Source: Psychrobacter cryohalolentis K5
GTDB lineage: Bacteria; Pseudomonadota; Gammaproteobacteria; Pseudomonadales; Moraxellaceae
NCBI RefSeq assembly: GCF_000013905.1
Contig: NC_007969.1
Span: 690,001 to 722,000, forward strand
Reading direction: 5' to 3'
DNA length: 32,000 nucleotides
In this document: piece after piece, positions 19,392 through 26,700 of the stretch
How positions within the stretch are numbered: the stretch's first letter is position 1
Layout: every line of letters begins with the position of its first letter
Made by a program: the position numbers and the translations under genes
The notes under the pieces: model-generated
What the model saw: the letters and a program-made list of their open reading frames with translations, nothing else
What the model was told of the DNA's origin: nothing
The model's database searches: none

Positions 19392-20090
19392 ATGAAAAGT
19401 AAGTCATGGATGACGATAGGCGTTGTAATAGCTAGCTTTATGTTAGCCTCCTGCCAATCCACACCAGAAACTGCCGTAATTAATGGAAAACCATATATTC
19501 CTCCTAAAGTCTTGATAGAGCCACTTGCAGATACAGACAATGATGGCGTCCCTGACATCATAGATAATTGCCCGAATACCCCTGAGGGTGTGATGACGGA
19601 TGAGTATGGTTGTCCAGTAGCAGTGAGTTTAATAGGTTATCTTACGATGGAGCTACGAGTTTTCTTTGAGCGCAATAGTAATGAGTTGCAAACGAAGTAC
19701 TTGCCAGAAGTGGAAAAAGTAGCTGAAAAAATGCATAGCAATCCTGAGCTAGTAGTGGTTTTGTCTGGTCATACCTCTGAGCTTGAAGCTGCGCATGCAT
19801 CAGGAGATATATACGGAGAAATGAATCAAGAAAAAGTTGATAAACGTCAATTAGGACGTGATCGGGCACAGATAATAAAAACTGCTTTGGTTAAGAGGAA
19901 CATAGCTACTGATAAAATCTATACGTTTGATTGTGCTGATAGTATGCCGATTGCACCTAACGATACTGAAGAAGGTAGATCAATGAACCAGCGTATTTAT
20001 GGCAAGGCGTTAAATGCCAATGATTTTTATGCAGGCAGTGTTCGCGAGCAGTCACTCACGTACTATAAAGAATTCTGTCAGCAATTTTAA
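19392..20090 (+). CDS. Lipoprotein paralogue 1: TSP type-3 Ca-binding repeat plus divergent OmpA-like domain
   Basis: Signal peptide with lipobox LASC. DTDNDGVPDIIDNCPNTPEGVMTDEYGCP. OmpA-like remnants GHTSE, LGRDRAQ, EEGRSMNQRIYG. AAGGAAGG Shine-Dalgarno. Confidence 0.88.
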   Translation: MKSKSWMTIGVVIASFMLASCQSTPETAVINGKPYIPPKVLIEPLADTDNDGVPDIIDNCPNTPEGVMTDEYGCPVAVSLIGYLTMELRVFFERNSNELQTKYLPEVEKVAEKMHSNPELVVVLSGHTSELEAAHASGDIYGEMNQEKVDKRQLGRDRAQIIKTALVKRNIATDKIYTFDCADSMPIAPNDTEEGRSMNQRIYGKALNANDFYAGSVREQSLTYYKEFCQQF

Positions 20091-20101
20091 AGGTATCATT
20101 T

Positions 20102-20686
20102 ATGAAAATGCTATTAAGAAATACGCTTGTCGTTTTAGTCAGCGCTTTAACATTATCCGCCTGTCAAACCGCCGATTTTTCTAAGCAAACAAGTCAAACT
20201 ATCAACATGCCAACGGTTGCGGTTAATTTGGATAGTGACGGCGATGGCGTTCCTAATAAGTTAGATCAGTGCCCGAATACGCCAGAAAACGTAGTAGTAG
20301 ATGACAGAGGCTGTCCGCATTCCTTACTTTTTGGTGAAAACGAATTTATGATGGAAGCTAGAGCCTACTATGACGAAAATAGTAGTGAGATAAAAAGTGA
20401 GTATTATGAACAGCTAGATAACGCAGGTAAAAAAATGCAAGATCATTTGGACGCTGTCATGCATATCGAAGGGCATATATCCAAGCGTGAAGACAATAAT
20501 GCCAATCAAACACTATCAAGATACCGGGTGGAAGAAATTAAAAATTATATGACCATGACATATAATATTGATCCTGATCGTATTAAGACCATTTACTATG
20601 GATCAGAGCGCCCAATTGCGACAAATGATGCCGAAAACAGTTGGCTCAATCAGCGTATTTATGCGCTTATTAGCAATGTTGAATAA
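20102..20686 (+). CDS. Lipoprotein paralogue 2: TSP type-3 repeat plus divergent OmpA-like domain
   Basis: Lipobox LSAC. DSDGDGVPNKLDQCPNTPENVVVDDRGCP. GHISKREDNNANQTLSRYRVEEI aligns with the Pal/OmpA motif GHxDxxGxxxYNxxLxxxRA. NQRIYAL at the C-terminus. Confidence 0.88.
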   Translation: MKMLLRNTLVVLVSALTLSACQTADFSKQTSQTINMPTVAVNLDSDGDGVPNKLDQCPNTPENVVVDDRGCPHSLLFGENEFMMEARAYYDENSSEIKSEYYEQLDNAGKKMQDHLDAVMHIEGHISKREDNNANQTLSRYRVEEIKNYMTMTYNIDPDRIKTIYYGSERPIATNDAENSWLNQRIYALISNVE

Positions 20687-20750
20687 TATATTAAGCGTTT
20701 CAAAAAGATTGAAAATAAAGAATATGTGATAATTGAAAAAGGACGTTGAT

Positions 20751-21407
20751 ATGAAAGCAATTTTATATTTAGTCAGCATTACTCTTTGTAGTTCTTTGGC
20801 ATTATCAGCGTGTCAAACCGCGCCAAAACTAGCGATTGATAACATAGTGACAGCGCCAATGCCAATATTAATGGTGAGCCTCGATTCTGATGGTGATGGA
20901 TATTCTGATGAGATAGACCTGTGTCCAGGCACCCCAAGAAATATAGTAACAGATGAAAGGGGTTGTCCTTTTACGGGTATGGGGATAGGCCTAAAAATGG
21001 AATATCGTGCCTTTTTTGCCAAGGGCAGCAGTGAGTTATCAAAAGAGTATCAGCTTGAGCTTGATACAGTAGCCCTAAAGCTGCAAGAGTACTATACGGC
21101 AACTATGCGTATTGAGGGACACGCTTCAGTAGATGAAATGTCAGATACAAAATTGCGACCAAATTCTCTAGCAAGAAATAGGGCACTTATCGTCAAAAAC
21201 TATCTTGTACTAAAGCATAAAATTGATCCTGAGCGTTTAAATACCTTTAATTATGATGCCGAACAGCCTATTACCTCTTCTGATACAGAAGAAGGTAAGT
21301 CTATGAACCGCAGAGTTTATGGGGTAGCTACTGCAGATTTTGATAGCGAAGAGGAAATGTCCATGAACCGCCGAATTTTCGAGATAGCTGTAGAGCCTGA
21401 AGATTAA
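20751..21407 (+). CDS. Lipoprotein paralogue 3: TSP type-3 repeat plus divergent OmpA-like domain with a duplicated terminal motif
   Basis: AAAGGA lies 7 nt upstream of the ATG at 20751; the ORF-track TTG at 20733 is less likely. Lipobox LSAC. DSDGDGYSDEIDLCPGTPRNIVTDERGCP. SMNRRVYGVA and SMNRRIFEIA occur in tandem. Confidence 0.86.
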   Translation: MKAILYLVSITLCSSLALSACQTAPKLAIDNIVTAPMPILMVSLDSDGDGYSDEIDLCPGTPRNIVTDERGCPFTGMGIGLKMEYRAFFAKGSSELSKEYQLELDTVALKLQEYYTATMRIEGHASVDEMSDTKLRPNSLARNRALIVKNYLVLKHKIDPERLNTFNYDAEQPITSSDTEEGKSMNRRVYGVATADFDSEEEMSMNRRIFEIAVEPED

Positions 21408-21470
21408 TTGTTTTTAAACGTTTATGCCCTTACTAGCAATATTGAGTGTTTTAAAAGAGTGAAAAGTGAT
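21408..21470 (+). pseudogene. Relic of a paralogue 3-prime end, homologous to the last codons and 3-prime flank of paralogue 2
   Basis: cgtttatgcccttactagcaatattga resembles cgtatttatgcgcttattagcaatgttga, the 3-prime end of paralogue 2. Read in the paralogue 3 frame after its stop, it gives NVYALTSNIE, compared with RIYALISNVE. Confidence 0.45.
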
Positions 21471-21514
21471 GACAGACAAAGATTTAAATTATTCTGGATA
21501 AAGAGAGGGTAATA

Positions 21515-22228
21515 ATGACCATTAAAACTCATAGCACTTTATTGTTATTAGCAGCATCTATAACATTAGCAGGCTGTCAAACTACCGAAATTGTACCGCC
21601 CAAAACTACACCGCAATATGAAAACATCAGGACGATGCAAGCAGAAATTGATTCAGATGGCGATGGCGTACTTGATGATATAGACGAGTGTCCTGAAACG
21701 CCACCTAACGTAGTGGTCGATGCTAAAGGCTGTCCAATAGAGGTTGATGTGGGCGGACTTGAAATGGAATTCAATGGATTTTTTCCGCCAATGAGAAATC
21801 AATTACCCGATATCTATGATGCAGTATTTGTGAAAGTAGCAGAAAATCTTAATGATTACCCAAAAGCCAATGTTTTTATTTTTGGTCATGTAGCAACAAA
21901 TGAAATTGATAAAGATGCTTTAGCGACGCTTGGTTTCGATTCTTTATCACGCAATCGCGCCCTTAGCATCAAAAATACGTTAGTCTTGCAGCATCATATT
22001 GATGCTAAGCGTATCCGTACTTATGAGTGTTCAAATAAGATTCTAGTTACAGATACAGCGTTTATAGATCCAAGTTTTGAAAAGCTTAATGTTAAAAATA
22101 TTGAGTCAAAACAGCGCCGCGCCACTTTAATGGCGAGTAGTTTAGTCAATGATTTAATGAATCTTAAATATAAATCTGATATTCAAAGATATGGTGAATA
22201 CGCCAAGCATTGTAAGCCTTTTGAATAA
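21515..22228 (+). CDS. Lipoprotein paralogue 4: TSP type-3 repeat plus highly divergent OmpA-like domain
   Basis: Lipobox LAGC. DSDGDGVLDDIDECPETPPNVVVDAKGCP. GHVATNE and LSRNRALSIKNTL. GAGAGGG Shine-Dalgarno. Confidence 0.86.
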   Translation: MTIKTHSTLLLLAASITLAGCQTTEIVPPKTTPQYENIRTMQAEIDSDGDGVLDDIDECPETPPNVVVDAKGCPIEVDVGGLEMEFNGFFPPMRNQLPDIYDAVFVKVAENLNDYPKANVFIFGHVATNEIDKDALATLGFDSLSRNRALSIKNTLVLQHHIDAKRIRTYECSNKILVTDTAFIDPSFEKLNVKNIESKQRRATLMASSLVNDLMNLKYKSDIQRYGEYAKHCKPFE

Positions 22229-22261
22229 TGGCAAATTTTGATAAACCGTCAAAATCTAACC

Positions 22262-23173
22262 TTACCCCAAAGACGAAAACAATACCATTAGCACGGGCGC
22301 GACAATATTAATAATAAAGCCAAAGCTAATCGCCAATGGCACCACTTTTAGACCACCTGATTGCTGAATAATTGGCAAAGTAAAATCTAAACTGGTCGCA
22401 CCGCCAAGTCCGACCGAGGCAGACGGATATTTACGCATAAAGACGGGGATAAATATCAACGCAAAGAACTCACGTATCAAGTCGTTAAATAGCGCAACAC
22501 TGCCCCAAATTGCCCCATAAGCATCGGTCATCACAATCGCAGATAGCGAATACCAACCAAATCCTGACGCTAGTGCTAAGCCCTTCGTCCAAGAGATATC
22601 GCTAAACATCAGCGCAAAGATAAGCCCACCAACTAATACCGATAATGTAAAAATAATACTCATCTCGACACCGCGTTTATTAAGCAGTACTTCTTTTAGA
22701 GTAATACCCGAGCCTTTTAGTCCAATACCAACCAGCAAGATTAATATCATTAGCATGACCGTCATGGTGTTCTCAGGCGGTATATAGTTGGCTGGCAAGA
22801 AATAACCGATCACAAAACCTATTGCTACACAGATAACTTGAGTGAGGCTGCCGCGAATACTGACGCGATGTTCTTTAGATTTAACACTGGGTTTTTTGGC
22901 ATGCCACGGGCGCAAACGGTCAAACAGCATTAACCCAAATAATCCAGTTCCAATTGTCAGTATTGATAATATCGTGACATACAGTGCGATTTCACCTACC
23001 TGACTGCCAAGTCCTTCGACTTGTGCCAGCTCAATACCAATCAAGCCTAAAATAATAAAGACCAAATAAGACAAGCCTTTATCGGCAATTTTGGTCAGGG
23101 CTGGATTGGATGGAATGGCAAAGCCAATAAACATTGGCATTAAAACCAAGACAAGGGTAACTAAGCTTTGCAT
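22262..23173 (-). CDS. lysO: Lysine exporter LysO (YbjE/DUF340 family)
   Basis: Collinear by eye with E. coli YbjE: GFGWYSLSAIVMTD, FNDLIREF, GGATSLDFTLPIIQQSGG. Length is similar (303 aa). Confidence 0.88.
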   Translation of the reverse strand: MQSLVTLVLVLMPMFIGFAIPSNPALTKIADKGLSYLVFIILGLIGIELAQVEGLGSQVGEIALYVTILSILTIGTGLFGLMLFDRLRPWHAKKPSVKSKEHRVSIRGSLTQVICVAIGFVIGYFLPANYIPPENTMTVMLMILILLVGIGLKGSGITLKEVLLNKRGVEMSIIFTLSVLVGGLIFALMFSDISWTKGLALASGFGWYSLSAIVMTDAYGAIWGSVALFNDLIREFFALIFIPVFMRKYPSASVGLGGATSLDFTLPIIQQSGGLKVVPLAISFGFIINIVAPVLMVLFSSLG

Positions 23174-23379
23174 GGTAAAGGGCTCGCGGCATTTTTAAAA
23201 GGCGTTTTAATAAATTGTTTTTAGGAAGGGTTTTTAAGAAGGCGAGGATTGTAACATATTAGTATAATAATACTGACATGAGCAGACAAAATTCATTGAA
23301 TTGCTGCTGCTCAAAGCTTTTTTTATGAGCTTCTCTATATGCTAGACCAGCAGTGCCGCATTGATTGAATATAAAGCCA

Positions 23380-25287
23380 CTATACTGCTTGTTCGGATTG
23401 GACAAATTTATGATGTTTCTGAATTTCTGAAGTGGGATTATTGATACCACTTAATGGGCAAATAGCTTGATTTGATAATGGCTCAATCACACTAATGCGA
23501 GCAGTGGCTGCTAGGTTGGGATAGTCCCTACGATAGTGTCCGCCACGACTTTCAAGGCGCTGACAAGCAGACTGAACAATTAAAGTCGCTAATTGTAACT
23601 GTCTTGCTAATTGAAAGTGTGCAAGTTTATCAATGGTCATAGCGTCGTCTGAAGCATTTATATTGGGCTGACTTAACTCAGATTTTTCAAGCCACTGTTG
23701 CCATTGCTGTATCTGTATTAACATTTGCTCTAATGATTCGGCAGTGCGAGTGATACCCATATAGGTGGTCATTAAAATTTTTAATTCTGTAGTTATTTTG
23801 CCAGCCTGATTATTAGTATCTATATTGCTATCAGTGTCCTCGTAATCATCTGAAGTCAATGGATGTGTAATAAAAGAAGAGAGCGTAATGGCTTGAGTAT
23901 CTTTGAGTGTTGGCGCTGTCCAAATGGTAGGTGCTGATAAGTTTATGCTCTCATAAATGGCAGCAGTATCTAGATTCTCTAACGCTTTTAAATAGCGAGG
24001 TAAATCAGCGGCGATATTGCGGCCAACCACTACGCATTCCAAAAGTGAATTGCTCGCCAAACGGTTTGCTCCATGCAGACCTGTATAAGCAACTTCACCA
24101 GCGGCATAAAGACCTGCTACATCGGTTACGCCATTAGCATCAGTGACCACGCCGCCACAGCTATAATGGGCGGTTGGGGCAACCGGAATTGGCTCTTTAG
24201 TTATACCAATACCAAGTGCTAATAGTGTCTGATAAATCTGAGGGAAATGCTCTTGCAAAAATTCCGCTGGCAAGTGACTGACGTCAAGATGAACGTAGCC
24301 AAGTCCGTTATTATTAATCTGCTCAGCTATTGCCCGAGCGACAATATCTCGCGGCGCCAGTTCTGCACGCTCATCAATCTCTAGCATAAAGCGGTCGCCA
24401 GTTTGTGGACAATATAAGCGCCCACCTTCGCCGCGTAAAGCTTCAGAAATCAAAAAGCTGCTATCTCCTAGTGCTAGACCAGTCGGATGAAATTGGATGA
24501 ATTCTAAATTTGCCAAACGGCAGCCTGCTTGCCACGCCATCATAACGCCATCACCGACACAGACGTTGGGCGCGCTGGCTCGTTGAAATAATTGCCCTAA
24601 ACCACCACTGGCTAAGACAACCGCGCGACTATGAAATGTGATTTGGCGCTGAATAATATGATCAAAAACTTGCGCCCCTTGGCATCGGTTATCACTGTTG
24701 TCAGTTAATAAATACAGTGCTTCATGGTAGGGCAAAATAGTTATATTAGAAGCGGCTTGCGCTTTTATAGTCAAGGCTTCCATAATATGGCGACCCGTTG
24801 CATCATCAGCATGGGCAACGCGTCTACAGCCATGACCGCCTTCCTTGGTTAGATGTAAATCAGCAGTTTGCAATTTAGTGAAGACTTTTTGCTCAGTATT
24901 GTATTTTTTATTAGCTTGAGGAATCTGAGTAAAGGGTACGCCTTGCTCACATAGCCATTGAACCGCTTGTTGTCCAGCGCTGAGGATGTTTGTCGTATTA
25001 TCCGCTGCACATAATCCTGCACCAGCGATTAGCGTATCGGTAATATGGTCAGCTACCGAATCATTTTTGTCCAAGCTTGCGGCGATACCGCCTTGGGCGT
25101 AATGGCTTGAGCAAACTTCCAATGCAGCTTTACTTAATATGGTAATGCTCAGCGACTCCGGTAAAGCAAGCGCGGTGCTTAATCCTGCAAGCCCAGCCCC
25201 AACGATAAGTACATCTGTTATCACAACAGCATCAAGGATCTGATGTGCATTACAGTTATCTTTGCCATTTAACCAGTTCGCGCTCAT
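23380..25287 (-). CDS. nadB: L-aspartate oxidase
   Basis: DVLIVGAGLAGL, YAQGGIAA, LEFIQFHPT, SEALRGEGG, ELAPRDIVARAI, GLHGANRLASNSLLE. The ATG at 25287 lies 1 nt after the nadA stop and is the preferred start; the ORF-track start at 25338 would overlap nadA by 50 nt. Confidence 0.93.
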   Translation of the reverse strand: MSANWLNGKDNCNAHQILDAVVITDVLIVGAGLAGLSTALALPESLSITILSKAALEVCSSHYAQGGIAASLDKNDSVADHITDTLIAGAGLCAADNTTNILSAGQQAVQWLCEQGVPFTQIPQANKKYNTEQKVFTKLQTADLHLTKEGGHGCRRVAHADDATGRHIMEALTIKAQAASNITILPYHEALYLLTDNSDNRCQGAQVFDHIIQRQITFHSRAVVLASGGLGQLFQRASAPNVCVGDGVMMAWQAGCRLANLEFIQFHPTGLALGDSSFLISEALRGEGGRLYCPQTGDRFMLEIDERAELAPRDIVARAIAEQINNNGLGYVHLDVSHLPAEFLQEHFPQIYQTLLALGIGITKEPIPVAPTAHYSCGGVVTDANGVTDVAGLYAAGEVAYTGLHGANRLASNSLLECVVVGRNIAADLPRYLKALENLDTAAIYESINLSAPTIWTAPTLKDTQAITLSSFITHPLTSDDYEDTDSNIDTNNQAGKITTELKILMTTYMGITRTAESLEQMLIQIQQWQQWLEKSELSQPNINASDDAMTIDKLAHFQLARQLQLATLIVQSACQRLESRGGHYRRDYPNLAATARISVIEPLSNQAICPLSGINNPTSEIQKHHKFVQSEQAV

Positions 25288-25288
25288 A

Positions 25289-26428
25289 TTATGCTGCTCC
25301 AACATTTGCAAACAATGCACGGTCTTTGACGATATCACCGCTTGCTGCTACCCGCTGTTTTTGTGATTCAGCAAAATCAAGCATGCGTTGTAATGGCTTT
25401 CTAGCTGCCGCTGCCAGCTCAGCCGTCATCAATATCTCACCTGAATTATTGGTCAAACATTGCTCGATACCTTGTAGACCATTCATCGCCATCCATGGAC
25501 AAAAAGCACAGCTTTTGCAGCTTGCACTTTCGCCCGCAGTCGGTGCAGCCAAGAAGCGCTTGTTTGGCGAGCGCTTTTGCATCTCATGCAAGATACCCAA
25601 GTCAGTTGCGACGATAAAGGTATCGGCATCCATCTCATAGGTGGATTGCAATAGCTTACTGGTCGAGCCAACCACATCGGCAAGCGCCACGACACTATCT
25701 GGAGATTCAGGATGTACCAAGACTTTTGCTGTCGGATGTTCAGCTTTTAATTGTTCAAGCTCAGTGGCTTTAAACTCATTATGCACCATACATGAACCTT
25801 GCCATAGCAGCATATCTGCCCCAGTCTCATGGGCAATGTATTTACCTAAGTGTCTATCCGGACCCCAAATGATAGGCTCGCCTTGTTCTTGCAAATGTCG
25901 AATGATATTGATACCAACTGACGAAGTTACTACCCAATCAGCCCGTGCTTTTACTGCCGCACTGGTATTGGCGTAGACCACTACGGTACGCTCAGGATAC
26001 GCATCACAAAAGGCAGAAAATTCATCGGCAGGGCAGCCCAAATCAAGCGAGCATTCTGCTTCCAAGTCTGGCATCAGTACTGTTTTTTCCATACTGAGTA
26101 TCTTTGCCGACTCACCCATAAAGCGTACACCTGCAACTACCAGTGTTTGTGCACTATGCGCTTGACCAAAGCGCGCCATCTCAAGCGAATCACCAACACA
26201 GCCGCCGGTTGCTAATGCCAAATCCTGAATAAAGGGATCGACATAATAATGCGCGACTAAGACGGCATTATGCTCTTTTAACAACTGCTTAATATTTTCT
26301 TCAACTTTCAGTCGCTCACTACGCGGCAAATCTGCGGGCATTTTTGCTTTGGCATATTCAATATTCATTTGCGTGGCAATGCGATTATCAGTACTCATAA
26401 TCGGTGCGTCATACGGATACGTTTTCAT
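25289..26428 (-). CDS. nadA: Quinolinate synthase A
   Basis: [18 protein letters not shown]...[14 protein letters not shown] matches E. coli NadA. The ATG at 26428 has AAAGG 9 nt upstream; the GTG at 26458 is an alternative. Confidence 0.93.
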   Translation of the reverse strand: MKTYPYDAPIMSTDNRIATQMNIEYAKAKMPADLPRSERLKVEENIKQLLKEHNAVLVAHYYVDPFIQDLALATGGCVGDSLEMARFGQAHSAQTLVVAGVRFMGESAKILSMEKTVLMPDLEAECSLDLGCPADEFSAFCDAYPERTVVVYANTSAAVKARADWVVTSSVGINIIRHLQEQGEPIIWGPDRHLGKYIAHETGADMLLWQGSCMVHNEFKATELEQLKAEHPTAKVLVHPESPDSVVALADVVGSTSKLLQSTYEMDADTFIVATDLGILHEMQKRSPNKRFLAAPTAGESASCKSCAFCPWMAMNGLQGIEQCLTNNSGEILMTAELAAAARKPLQRMLDFAESQKQRVAASGDIVKDRALFANVGAA

Positions 26429-26513
26429 AAGTGCAAACCTTTCATGCAATAACGACACGTCAGTTGCCGTTAGATTGAGTCAGTTGAATAGTGCTAAAAA
26501 ATAAACTGTTTTA

Positions 26514-26541
26514 ATTATGCTCATTTTGAGCATAAATACAA
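26514..26541 (-). promoter_or_regulatory. Candidate sigma-70 promoter of nadAB enclosing a 21-bp perfect palindrome (candidate NrtR operator, 26515-26535)
   Basis: On the minus strand: TTGTAT (26541-26536), a 16-nt spacer, then CATAAT (26519-14). The palindrome TTATGCTCA-TTT-TGAGCATAA fills the spacer and overlaps the -10 element. Confidence 0.5.
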
Positions 26542-26700
26542 GAAATTTTTTATACGTTTCTTATTTATGCAGGGCTCATTTTGTATAATTACAACCACAA
26601 GCTATGATAAACATCGATTCAAGCTATACTTAGCATGTGGTCAATGGCTTATCAGTTGAGCTGTATTTCATAAATAAAATAAAAGGTAATCATTAACGTC

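Noticed and set aside
19392-23173. Whether the lipoprotein array plus lysO region is a horizontally acquired island or a defence locus.
   Set aside because: It has no integrase, transposase, tRNA attachment site, flanking direct repeats or nuclease, ATPase or toxin-like genes. The paralogues look like locally duplicated envelope genes.
23281-23325. A hairpin (tgagcag ... ctgctca) plus T-run on the + strand in the lysO-nadB spacer.
   Set aside because: The stem is only 7 bp with a 21-nt loop. It is oriented to terminate + strand transcription, yet no + strand gene lies upstream. I found no convincing nadB terminator on the minus strand either.
23259-23450. 63-aa minus-strand ORF spanning the nadB 3-prime end and the nadB-lysO spacer.
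   Set aside because: It overlaps the nadB stop region in another frame, has no Shine-Dalgarno and no recognisable features. It probably falls in the lysO promoter and nadB 3-prime UTR region.
25245-25976. ORFs of 131 aa (25245-25640) and 111 aa (25641-25976) on the + strand.
   Set aside because: Both lie entirely antisense to the strongly supported nadA/nadB coding sequence. Their composition is Cys/Ser/Ala-rich, typical of antisense frames, and they have no Shine-Dalgarno or recognisable motif.
26565-26588. A third palindrome-like site (ttatgcagggctcattttgtataa) as a bona fide operator.
   Set aside because: It needs a 5-nt insertion and a truncated right half to align with the other two sites. 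It is mentioned as a possibility in the findings but not called as a feature.
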